From positions 11,897-75,896 of the forward strand of contig JAAEPJ010000072.1 in assembly GCA_024222485.1 (NCBI GenBank): a stretch of 64,000 nucleotides of DNA. The letters are read 5' to 3'. Of this stretch, positions 28,256 to 37,344 are shown in pieces. Below the pieces are notes generated by a model, which was not told where the DNA came from, did no database searches, and saw nothing but the letters and a program-made list of their open reading frames with translations. The translations under genes were made by a program, and so were the position numbers. This DNA is from a bacterium (lineage in GTDB: Bacteria > RUG730 > JAAEPJ01). The number at the start of each line of letters is the position of its first letter. Positions within the stretch are counted from its first letter, which is position 1.

Positions 28256-29869
28256 TTAAATATCTCTAAATTTATTTACAATGGGCATCCTACGATCCTT
28301 GCCAAATGCTCGTGGCATTATTTTGATTCCTATGGCTGCTTGCCGCCTTTTATACTCACTAAAGTCAACTAAGCTTATCACCCTTTCTACAACCTCTCTC
28401 TCCACATCAAGATCAGTTAAAATCTCATCAAGAGAATAATCTTTCTCAATATATCTTACAAGTATTTTATCTAGCACAGCATATGAGGGGAGAGAGTCTT
28501 CATCTTTTTGATCAGGTCTTAACTCTGCGGATGGAGGCCTTGTTATAATAGAAGCAGGAATTGCCTTATGTTCCTTAGAAAGGGCAAAAACCATAGTCTT
28601 GGGAATATCTTTAATAATAGCAAACCCACCGGCCATGTCACCATAAAGGGTACAATAACCTGTCGCTATTTCACTCTTATTTCCAGTTGTTAGAACCAAT
28701 GCCCCAAATTTATTAGACATTGCCATTAAAATATTCCCTCTAATCCTTGCTTGAATATTTTCCTCTGTTGTATCTTCTGGTAACCCCTTAAAAATATCCG
28801 TAAAAAAATCCTTATAGGCATTGCGTAATCCTTCAATCGCTATCTCATGGAACTCTACGCCTAAATTTTGAGCTAAGACCCTCGCATCATTTTTCGTTCC
28901 GGCTGACGAATAAACTGTTGGCATAGAAATACAAACCACTTTATCTTTCCCCAGTGCATCAACGGCAATTGCTGCAACCAAAGCCGAATCAATTCCACCA
29001 CTTAGACCGATTAAAACTTTATTAAATCCACTTTTAAAAACATAGTCATGTGTACCAAGAACAAGTGCCTCATATACTTGCTGCATCTTAACTTTAGGAT
29101 CTTTATTGACTAGCTGAAGGGTTTCTCGATAATCAATACCTTGGAAGCTATTAGGTTTTACTGTCTCTGCAATAAGTAACTCTTCTGTAAACAAACGGGC
29201 TTGTTTAAGCAATCTTCCTTCTTTTGTTAAATAGAAACTTCCGCCATCAAAAACCAACTCATCCTGCCCCCCGACTAAATTACAATATAAAATATCAGCA
29301 GCCGATTTTTTAGCATAGCGGGAAATAACCTCTTTACGCAAATGCTCTTTTCCATAATGATAAGGTGAAGCTGAAATATTAATAATTAAATCTACGCCCT
29401 TAGTCTCTTCACAAATTGTATCATCTTCCCAAATATCTTCACAAATACTCATAGCACATCTCATATTCTTAATATCAATAATTAAGGGCTTGTTTCCTGC
29501 TTTAAAATAGCGTTGCTCATCAAATACACCATAATTAGGAAGTTTGCGTTTATGATACTTATACTTGATCACACCATCTTGCAACACTGCTAAAGCATTA
29601 TAATCCCCATCGATAAAACCAAGAATAACAATAAGTCCTTCGACTTTTTGAGCAATTTCTTTAACAATTTCAATATTCCGTTTTAAAAATTTTTTTTTAA
29701 ATAAAAGGTCCTCCGGAGGATAGCCACAGATAGCACATTCAGGAAACACTACAAGATCAACATGAGTATTTGCAGTAGTTGCTCTTATTATATAATCCAA
29801 AATTTTAGATTTATTTGCTTCAAAATCCCCCATCACTGGGTTAATCTGAGCAATTGCATAGGTTAACAT
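28256..29869 (-). CDS. nadE: glutamine-dependent NAD+ synthetase (nitrilase-like + synthetase domains)
   Basis: 537-aa ORF with an N-terminal C-N hydrolase domain (VFPECAICGYPPEDL) and the PP-loop GLSGGIDSA. Confidence 0.9.
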   Translation of the reverse strand: MLTYAIAQINPVMGDFEANKSKILDYIIRATTANTHVDLVVFPECAICGYPPEDLLFKKKFLKRNIEIVKEIAQKVEGLIVILGFIDGDYNALAVLQDGVIKYKYHKRKLPNYGVFDEQRYFKAGNKPLIIDIKNMRCAMSICEDIWEDDTICEETKGVDLIINISASPYHYGKEHLRKEVISRYAKKSAADILYCNLVGGQDELVFDGGSFYLTKEGRLLKQARLFTEELLIAETVKPNSFQGIDYRETLQLVNKDPKVKMQQVYEALVLGTHDYVFKSGFNKVLIGLSGGIDSALVAAIAVDALGKDKVVCISMPTVYSSAGTKNDARVLAQNLGVEFHEIAIEGLRNAYKDFFTDIFKGLPEDTTEENIQARIRGNILMAMSNKFGALVLTTGNKSEIATGYCTLYGDMAGGFAIIKDIPKTMVFALSKEHKAIPASIITRPPSAELRPDQKDEDSLPSYAVLDKILVRYIEKDYSLDEILTDLDVEREVVERVISLVDFSEYKRRQAAIGIKIMPRAFGKDRRMPIVNKFRDI

Positions 29870-29930
29870 GGTTGGATACCTAAGATAACTAATAGAGAAA
29901 CAGAAAAGATAGTATCTCTACAGATTAATT

Positions 29931-30488
29931 TTAAACTCTTTGAATATAATTACCTTCATTTGTGTCAATTTTAACTTTATCGCCAATTTCTATAAAAAGC
30001 GGAACCATAATTTCAAGCCCATTCTCTGTTGTTGCAGGCTTTAAAGCATTAGTAGCCGTATCCCCTTTTAAGCCTTTTTCAGTATAAGTAATCTCAACAA
30101 CAATACTTTGTGGTAATTGTACCCCTAGTATTTCATCCCCATAAAACAAAACATCAATCTCCATATTATCTTGTAAATATTTAACAGCGCCACCAATATT
30201 TTCTTCTTTAATCTCAACTTGTTCAAATGTTTCATTACTCATAAAAATATAAGAGTCACCATCATGATAAAGATACTGCATTCTTTGCCTTTCAAGGTTA
30301 ATTTCTGCAAATTTTTCACCAGACTTAACAGTTGTTTCAAAAATCGCACTTGTTCTTAAATTTTTCAGCTTTAAACGCAGTACAGCCCCACCTTTTCCTG
30401 GTTTATGATGTTGAAACCAAAGAACCGTAACGATATTTTCTCCGAGTTTAAAGCTTACGCCATTGGAAATATCACTTGTTGAAATCAT
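29931..30488 (-). CDS. efp: translation elongation factor P
   Basis: 185-aa ORF starting MISTSDISNG, with HHKPGKGGAVLRLKLKN containing the conserved modified-Lys loop. Confidence 0.93.
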   Translation of the reverse strand: MISTSDISNGVSFKLGENIVTVLWFQHHKPGKGGAVLRLKLKNLRTSAIFETTVKSGEKFAEINLERQRMQYLYHDGDSYIFMSNETFEQVEIKEENIGGAVKYLQDNMEIDVLFYGDEILGVQLPQSIVVEITYTEKGLKGDTATNALKPATTENGLEIMVPLFIEIGDKVKIDTNEGNYIQRV

Positions 30489-30562
30489 TATATAATAGTC
30501 TCCTCTATAAACTTATGATAGGTCAAAGACATCAAAAGTGATGTCCATTCAAATTAAGAAAA

Positions 30563-31150
30563 TTAAAACCGAGGTTCTAAACCAAAAATAGCTGTAATTG
30601 TTTTCTGTGGGGTCAACATGCCTTCTTTATTAACAGTAATATTTTCTGGCTCTAAATATTTAATAATCTCAATATTACTTTGAACATGCCAATCACCATA
30701 ACCTGCACTATAGCGTTTAGTCGTTAAATAATCATCTAAAAGTGCTTTTTTTCTAATATATTCATTAACATAGTTTGCACATTGTTCAACTGCCTCAGAG
30801 CCAATAGAGTCCCAAATAGTTGCCTTCAAAATCTGCCTATCCTCTAAAAATTTTTCAATCTTAATATCAAAATTAATTCCCAAGGTAACAGCAAAAACAA
30901 CCGTTTTTGCTGAATTTAATAACAATTTTTTAACATCATCACTCCATTGATACAAAAACTCTACTTGATCCTCAATACGAATCATGGCAAATGGCTCAAT
31001 CGCCACATAAACTTCTTGTATTTCTTCAAGAATCAAGGATTTTATATTCGCATCAATCTCTGTTCTTCTTGTATATTTCAAATAGGATAAAACTTTTTCG
31101 ATTCTAACATTAACTTGAAAATTATTTAGTTTTTTTATTTTTAACATCAT
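30563..31150 (-). CDS. stand-alone methionine synthase (MetH) activation/SAM-binding domain-like protein
   Basis: The C-terminal RYSAGYGDWHVQSNIEIIKYLEPENITVNKEGMLTPQKTITAIFGLEP follows the R-x-S-P-GYGDW ... P-x-K-S/T-x-x-A-I-x-G pattern of the MetH activation domain. The start (ATGATG at 31150/31147) overlaps the secF 3' end. Confidence 0.6.
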   Translation of the reverse strand: MMLKIKKLNNFQVNVRIEKVLSYLKYTRRTEIDANIKSLILEEIQEVYVAIEPFAMIRIEDQVEFLYQWSDDVKKLLLNSAKTVVFAVTLGINFDIKIEKFLEDRQILKATIWDSIGSEAVEQCANYVNEYIRKKALLDDYLTTKRYSAGYGDWHVQSNIEIIKYLEPENITVNKEGMLTPQKTITAIFGLEPRF

Positions 31151-32006
31151 AAACCACCGGACTTGCCACAAAAATAGTTGAATAAACACCAGAAATCATT
31201 CCGATTATTAAAACCAGTGAAAAGTCACGCAAAATATCCCCACCAAATAAAAAAAGTGCAAAAGCAGAAAAAAGAGTCAAAACTGTTGTAATAACAGTTC
31301 GTGAAAGAGTTTGGTTTATACTGTCATTTACAACGACATCAAGCGGATCTTTATAGCGTATCCGAATATTTTCACGAATTCTATCATAAATTACGATTGT
31401 ATCATTAATCGAGTAACCAACAATAGTCATTAAAGCCGCCACTACTGGTAAAGTAATTTCTTTTCCCAACAAAGAAAAAATCCCAACAGTTACTAAAATA
31501 TCATGGACAAGTGCCATCACACCCGCAAGCCCCCAAATACCTGCATGGAAACGAATAGCAATATAAATAATAATACCTAAAAATGCCAAACAAAATGCTA
31601 AAAGAGCACGCTTAACAAGCCACTTACCAACTGCAGGACCGACAATCTCCACCTTTTCAATCACAAAATCTTTATTAATATAAGTTTGAAGCTCATTAAT
31701 TTTGCTATTCGCAAGCTGATCAGTAGCAGGGATTCTAAAAATCATAATATTACTACCAGTAAAACGCTGGATTGCTATATTCTCAAACCCCATGCTCTCA
31801 AGACCTGTTCTAACTTCATCATTCTCGATTGCAATTTCTCCAAAATTCAATTGAACCAAAGTCCCTCCAGTGAAATCAATACCAAGTTTTGGTCCACCCT
31901 TAGAAATCAAAGAAAAAAGACCTGCTAAAATTACAATCATACTTAAAATATAAGCAAACTTTCTTTTTGCTAAAAAATTAATATTTGTATTTCTAAAAAT
32001 ATCCAT
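31122..32006 (-). CDS. secF: protein translocase subunit SecF
   Basis: Polytopic ORF with GIDFTGGT and SINDTIVIYDRIREN motifs. Start set at the ATG at 32006 after GGGAG. Confidence 0.9.
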   Translation of the reverse strand: MDIFRNTNINFLAKRKFAYILSMIVILAGLFSLISKGGPKLGIDFTGGTLVQLNFGEIAIENDEVRTGLESMGFENIAIQRFTGSNIMIFRIPATDQLANSKINELQTYINKDFVIEKVEIVGPAVGKWLVKRALLAFCLAFLGIIIYIAIRFHAGIWGLAGVMALVHDILVTVGIFSLLGKEITLPVVAALMTIVGYSINDTIVIYDRIRENIRIRYKDPLDVVVNDSINQTLSRTVITTVLTLFSAFALFLFGGDILRDFSLVLIIGMISGVYSTIFVASPVVYDVKNKKTK

Positions 32007-32059
32007 TTTATTTTTCTCCCTATTATCTTTAAAATAATACAATTCATTATCCTAATATT

Positions 32060-33439
32060 TTAAATACTTAAACTTTTAATTTCTTGATTCTTTAAAATTA
32101 GTTCATAAATAACTTTTGTTACAATAATAGCTGTAAACATACTACTCGCAAGACCAATAGTTAGCGTTACAGCAAAACCTTTAACGGGGCCTGTTCCAAA
32201 CTGGAACAAAAACATTGCAGCAATCAAGGTTGTTATATTCGCATCCATGATTGTTGAAAATGCCTTATCATAGCCAGCATCTACAGCAATCCTGATTGTT
32301 TTACCTGCTCGTAACTCTTCTTTAATTCTCTCACAAATTAAGACATTTGCATCAACGGCCATACCAATGGTTAAAATAATACCAGCAATACCAGGTAAAG
32401 TTAATGTTGCATGAAAATAAGCCATTAATCCAAGAATAATAACAGTATTTAAAAGCAAAGCAATGTTAGCAATAACTCCAGAAAATTTATAGTAAACAAG
32501 CATAAACAGTACAACCATTATCATGCCAACGAGACCAGCAATTGCTCCTTTTTTAACACTATCAGAACCAAGTGTCGGTCCAACAGTTCGATTCTCAATA
32601 ATATAGACAGGTGCAGGTAAGGCACCCGCTTTTAAAATAATTGCTAAATTCTTCGCCTCTTCAGGAGTAAAGCTACCCTCAATAATAGCATTACCATCAG
32701 GAATACGAGATTTAATTACAGGTGCAGACTGTACAATACCATCTAAAACAATAGCTAAGCGTTTCTGAGTATTTTCACCTGTTACATCTGCAAATTTTTG
32801 CCCACCTTCTTTATTAAAAGTTATCGCGACATACGGAGAACCATAATCGCCACCGACTTTAACTTCTGCATTCGTTAAAGAGCTACCTGTGACTGCAGCC
32901 TTTTTTTTCACGGCATAGTTACCATAGTCTTTCCCTTTTAAAACTTCAATATTCGCTGGCAACTGATCTTGAAGAATATTCCCTTCTTCATCCATATAAT
33001 CACTTATTACAAAATCATCCTCTACAAGCTTAAATTCAAGCAAAGCTGTCTTCCCCACCAATTCAACGGCTCTATCAGGATTTTTAATACCAGGAAGCTG
33101 CACGGCAATCCACTTATCACCTTGACGAGAAATCAAAGGTTCACTAACACCAAACTGGTCAACTCTATTCCGAATAATCTCTATAGATTGCTCCATAGCA
33201 TCCGCCAAAGTTACATTTTTCGGAATTTTTGCGACATCAAGCTCAAGTAAAAGGTTCATCCCCCCTCTTAAATCAAGTCCGAGATTTAAGGACTTCTCTA
33301 TCAGTGGATCACGCAAACCTTCACGAGTCTCACGCTCAGACTCACTTAAAGAATACCATGTAAATGATGGATAAATATGCCAGATAGAAAAAATCAAAAC
33401 AATTCCTATCAAAATTAATCTAAAACCTTGATGTTTCAT
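32060..33439 (-). CDS. secD: protein translocase subunit SecD
   Basis: 459-aa ORF with LNLGLDLRGG, a large periplasmic domain and a C-terminal RND-like 6-TM bundle (DANVLICERIKEE). Confidence 0.9.
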   Translation of the reverse strand: MKHQGFRLILIGIVLIFSIWHIYPSFTWYSLSESERETREGLRDPLIEKSLNLGLDLRGGMNLLLELDVAKIPKNVTLADAMEQSIEIIRNRVDQFGVSEPLISRQGDKWIAVQLPGIKNPDRAVELVGKTALLEFKLVEDDFVISDYMDEEGNILQDQLPANIEVLKGKDYGNYAVKKKAAVTGSSLTNAEVKVGGDYGSPYVAITFNKEGGQKFADVTGENTQKRLAIVLDGIVQSAPVIKSRIPDGNAIIEGSFTPEEAKNLAIILKAGALPAPVYIIENRTVGPTLGSDSVKKGAIAGLVGMIMVVLFMLVYYKFSGVIANIALLLNTVIILGLMAYFHATLTLPGIAGIILTIGMAVDANVLICERIKEELRAGKTIRIAVDAGYDKAFSTIMDANITTLIAAMFLFQFGTGPVKGFAVTLTIGLASSMFTAIIVTKVIYELILKNQEIKSLSI

Positions 33440-33511
33440 GTTCCCTCCAATACAAAATATTCCTGTTTATTTTTAAAATATAAACAAGACATTTCTTTAT
33501 ATCTATAAAAT

Positions 33512-33838
33512 TTATTTGTTATCCGAATTAATAACTTGTGAAATTGAATTTTTTTCAAGTAAAACTTTCGTTGAATCAGATATTTTCACATAAACCGTAC
33601 TTTGCAAATCTGACTTAAAGCTATCAACTTGCCCATAAATCCCCCCAGAGGTAATAACTTTATCACCAACCTGAATATTTGCAACCATAAGTTTATGTTG
33701 ATCCGCTTTTTTCTTCTGTGGACGAATTAAAAAGAAATAAAAAATAACAAATAATAAAATTAATGGAATAAACCCTGTAATTGGATTTTGTGATGCAGTA
33801 TTAACACCTGCTTCTGCATAAAGTAACGACATATTCAA
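33512..33838 (-). CDS. yajC: preprotein translocase auxiliary subunit YajC
   Basis: 108-aa ORF with a single TM and the FFLIRPQKKK...GDKVITSGGIYG signature. It lies upstream of secDF. Confidence 0.88.
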   Translation of the reverse strand: MNMSLLYAEAGVNTASQNPITGFIPLILLFVIFYFFLIRPQKKKADQHKLMVANIQVGDKVITSGGIYGQVDSFKSDLQSTVYVKISDSTKVLLEKNSISQVINSDNK

Positions 33839-33928
33839 TAACTCCTTTTTATATTAAGTAGAAATAACAAAGTTATCTCTCTCCAAATTCCGAATATCTT
33901 AGCATTTTTTACGAGGAGATGTAAAGAA

Positions 33929-34924
33929 CTACAGCTCTAAAAATATTTGATTAAAAAATGGAATTCCTAAATCTGTTAAAACGACATTTTTTACTTTTGT
34001 TTTTAAATAACCTTTTTGAATCCAAAAATCATACTTTTTTTGATAAGGGATGCCTTTATCAAGCAATCTCATATTTAGCATCTTTTTTTCAAGCTCAACT
34101 TGCTCATTGCTAAGTTCTTCAACCTCTTGTTTACCGTTAAAATAATCCGCTAGTTTATTCGCATTTTTATATCTTCGTTCTTTTAAAAAAGAACATGCTG
34201 AGGGACCAAGCCCCAAATATTCACCTCTATTCCAGTAAACTAAATTATGTTTACATTCTTTACCTTTTTTCGCAAAATTTGAAATTTCATAATGCAAAAA
34301 TCCATAATTCTTTATTATTCTGACTGATTCTAAATATGTCTCCACTTGATCTTCTGCTGTCGAGTAATTATCCAGCATATAAAGAGAAAGGTGCGTAATT
34401 TTATGCCCTTCATTTTTTAAAAACATATTAAGTTCTCGTAAAAAATAAGGATAATCTTTAAATCCTACAATTAAGTCGATATTAATATCTTTCTGACAAT
34501 CACTTAAGTAAGCAAAAACTTGTTGGAACCTTTCAAAAGTATGAAGTCTACCGATTTTTTTTAGAATATTATTATCAAAAGCTTGAAGACCAAGACTAAA
34601 CCTATTGACAATATTTAACTTTGCTATTTTTTCTAATGTTAAACTCTCAGGATTAGCTTCTAGCGTGAACTCCAACAAAGACGTTAAATCAAAATTATTT
34701 TTTATCAGCTTGATTAATTTGTCAAGCTGCGTAACAGAAAGGAGAGAAGGTGTTCCTCCTCCGATGAAAATAGTTGAGAGTTTCATCCCTCTATAAAGTT
34801 GCATTTCCCTCTCAAGGGCAATTAAATACTTATCTATTAAGTCTAGCCCCTCAGGATATGAAACAAAATCACAGTAACCACATTTAGCCTTACAAAATGG
34901 AACATGGATATAAAGACTTTTCAT
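33929..34924 (-). CDS. hemW: radical SAM haem chaperone HemW / oxygen-independent coproporphyrinogen oxidase-like
   Basis: MKSLYIHVPFCKAKCGYCDF radical-SAM motif, FIGGGTPS and a HemN_C-like tail. Confidence 0.8.
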   Translation of the reverse strand: MKSLYIHVPFCKAKCGYCDFVSYPEGLDLIDKYLIALEREMQLYRGMKLSTIFIGGGTPSLLSVTQLDKLIKLIKNNFDLTSLLEFTLEANPESLTLEKIAKLNIVNRFSLGLQAFDNNILKKIGRLHTFERFQQVFAYLSDCQKDINIDLIVGFKDYPYFLRELNMFLKNEGHKITHLSLYMLDNYSTAEDQVETYLESVRIIKNYGFLHYEISNFAKKGKECKHNLVYWNRGEYLGLGPSACSFLKERRYKNANKLADYFNGKQEVEELSNEQVELEKKMLNMRLLDKGIPYQKKYDFWIQKGYLKTKVKNVVLTDLGIPFFNQIFLEL

Positions 34925-34945
34925 AACTTTTTATAAACCTCGGAC

Positions 34946-35671
34946 TTATTTGATCGCATAAATCGAAATAAAATTAAAACTTTGGAACCACTGATAAACT
35001 TGCTTAAAACCAATTTCCTTTAATATTTCTTGGTAAAACCCTAATCTCTCACAAACCAAAACATCTTCTAATGCTGTGCGTTTTTGAGCAATTTCAAGGT
35101 CTGTATAGTCATTAACTTTCTTAAAAAGTGCTTGAAAATCTTCTTGAAAAATATTCTCACTCTTGCTATCAAATTTAATCTTTTCCGAAAGGATGAAACA
35201 ACTATCATTGTTCATGCCATGCCAAATATTTTTTAAAAGATTTTTTCGTTTACTCGGAGCAATAAACTGAAGCACATAATTCATAGAAATAAAAGAAGCA
35301 TTTTCAAGCTTAATATCACAAATATCTGCAAAAATAAAATCAATACTTGGATTATTAAACTGTATCCCTTTAAGCATTGCCTTTGAATTATCTATTGCTT
35401 TGATATTAAAGTTTTTATCTGTATTATTTTTAATAACGGAATAAGTAGTTGCTCCCAAAGAACACCCCAAATCATAATAATTAGTATGATTTTTAATAAA
35501 ACTTTGTGAAATTGCCCCCGTCATTTCTACAATAAATTTATAATTAGGAACTGAACGGTTTATCATATTTTCAAAAACAGACACAGTATTCTCATCAAAT
35601 ACAAACTTTTCATTATTTTTAAGCGGTTTTTGATAAATTTTATCTATTTGTTGCATAATATATTTCCTCAA
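34946..35671 (-). CDS. cmoA: carboxy-S-adenosyl-L-methionine synthase
   Basis: FDENTVSVFENMINRSVPNYKFIVEM and YDLGCSLG class I methyltransferase-fold motifs, characteristic of CmoA. Confidence 0.75.
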   Translation of the reverse strand: MRKYIMQQIDKIYQKPLKNNEKFVFDENTVSVFENMINRSVPNYKFIVEMTGAISQSFIKNHTNYYDLGCSLGATTYSVIKNNTDKNFNIKAIDNSKAMLKGIQFNNPSIDFIFADICDIKLENASFISMNYVLQFIAPSKRKNLLKNIWHGMNNDSCFILSEKIKFDSKSENIFQEDFQALFKKVNDYTDLEIAQKRTALEDVLVCERLGFYQEILKEIGFKQVYQWFQSFNFISIYAIK

Positions 35672-35820
35672 TGATAATCTCTTTATTTACTAAATAAGTT
35701 ATCTCCGTTTTACTAACTTTGTAAAATATTAAATCTAGCAGGTACAATAAGAACAACAATTAGCATAGCACCTAATTAAAGTTATACACATTTGAGCTAA
35801 CTAACACATTCCTTTTTAAG

Positions 35821-37344
35821 TTAGGTCATTACTCGAGCAACAATGACAACCTTTGTATTTCTTTGCCTAATCCTATCCCAGCGATCTTCTTCAAAGCTTT
35901 TAATTTTTTCTATTTTCTGTTTTTGTTTTACTACTAAAATGCGCATTTTTCTTTGAAGTTCAAATTCCTTAACTCGTTCATCTTTTTGTTTCTTTTTATC
36001 TAACAAAATTTCGCTTTGCTTAATCGCGTCTAAAATCTTTTTGATACGGATTTCTTCTTTTTTTAGCACACCATCCTCTATCATTGTTTTATAATTATCC
36101 AAAAATACAAATATTAAGTTACGCATATTAAGCTCTAACTTTTTAATTGAAAAAAATTCTTTCTTATATACTTTAACGGTATTATCCAAATAAACATCAT
36201 AAACGTCTAGCTCTAACATAAAACTATCCCCTACCCCTAAGTCATATAGGTCAAAACTAAGGACCAAGTGTGCTTTTAGCGTATCCGTAGATTTATAAAT
36301 ATCAACCTTTTGATAATTCGAATCATCTAGAATATTCAATTTGTTTTCATATCTCAAATATTTTAAAATTAAGGGTCTCATCTGTGAATGTCCCGTATAT
36401 TCAGACACAACTACTTTATAGTTTTGATGTGCTCTTGTTTCTGCTAATCCTTTTTTCTTTTCTTGGTTTTTCTTTGTCTTATATTCTGTTTTATTCATAA
36501 AAAAAGACAAAGTTAAATAATGTAAATACCCGAGCTCTCCACGCTTAGAAAAAGCATAATCTATCCTACGACCATTTATTTCCAAGCTAAACCCCAACTT
36601 AATACCAGACATAAAATCCATATAAGGATCAATTAGATCATTATCCACTCCTGCATAAATATTAAAATTTTCACTAATATCAGATTCAAAAGCAAAAGAG
36701 ATTTCATCGCTGCTATAAAAATTGAAGTACCAGTCCACCCAATATTTTTTATTGATACCAAAGGCAAAATTATAGTTTTCATCATCACCAAAATTTAAAA
36801 GTGAAAGTCCTACGGCTAAATCTTTACCAAAAACAGCATTGACACCAAGGTCTAAGGAGTTGCTTGCATAAACCTTATCGCTACCAACACGAGCCTCCTC
36901 AATATTAAGCCTTAAACCAAAATCAAGTGGCAGAGAAGAATTATAAGGTATAATTTTTTGGGAATACAAAATACCCAACAAGTCTTGCTTGTACTCACTT
37001 TTCCCTAAAAAAACATTGTCATCATTCCATATTTCAACACCTTTACTGACAAACTGGGAATAACTTAACTCTGCATTACCCTGATAGAGAGGAAACGAAC
37101 CCATAACTTGCCTAATATTCTCTTCATATTCCATTGGCACATATGAAGCGGAAATAATATAATTATCTTTAGCAAACACATTTAAAGCTGGATTATAAAA
37201 AGATCCATGATATGAATCATTCTCCGCGACATTTTTCAAAACAATACTATGAGCGTTCACAGATAAGTCTTCCACAGAAGCAAATACTGCTGCCCCCATA
37301 AAAAATAAAAATAATACCAGCAAATATTTTTGCAGCATATTCAT
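35821..37344 (-). CDS. signal-peptide protein: PorV/PorQ/UPF0164-like outer-membrane beta-barrel half plus a Lys/Glu-rich coiled-coil C-terminal half
   Basis: Signal peptide (LLVLFLFFMGAAVFASV), an FYNPALN motif and alternating-hydrophobic beta-strand pattern up to about residue 285. This is followed by about 220 aa ending in KKKQKDERVKEFELQRKMRILVVKQKQKIEKIK. The start overlaps the upstream gene stop as ATGA (37341-37344). Confidence 0.5.
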   Translation of the reverse strand: MNMLQKYLLVLFLFFMGAAVFASVEDLSVNAHSIVLKNVAENDSYHGSFYNPALNVFAKDNYIISASYVPMEYEENIRQVMGSFPLYQGNAELSYSQFVSKGVEIWNDDNVFLGKSEYKQDLLGILYSQKIIPYNSSLPLDFGLRLNIEEARVGSDKVYASNSLDLGVNAVFGKDLAVGLSLLNFGDDENYNFAFGINKKYWVDWYFNFYSSDEISFAFESDISENFNIYAGVDNDLIDPYMDFMSGIKLGFSLEINGRRIDYAFSKRGELGYLHYLTLSFFMNKTEYKTKKNQEKKKGLAETRAHQNYKVVVSEYTGHSQMRPLILKYLRYENKLNILDDSNYQKVDIYKSTDTLKAHLVLSFDLYDLGVGDSFMLELDVYDVYLDNTVKVYKKEFFSIKKLELNMRNLIFVFLDNYKTMIEDGVLKKEEIRIKKILDAIKQSEILLDKKKQKDERVKEFELQRKMRILVVKQKQKIEKIKSFEEDRWDRIRQRNTKVVIVARVMT

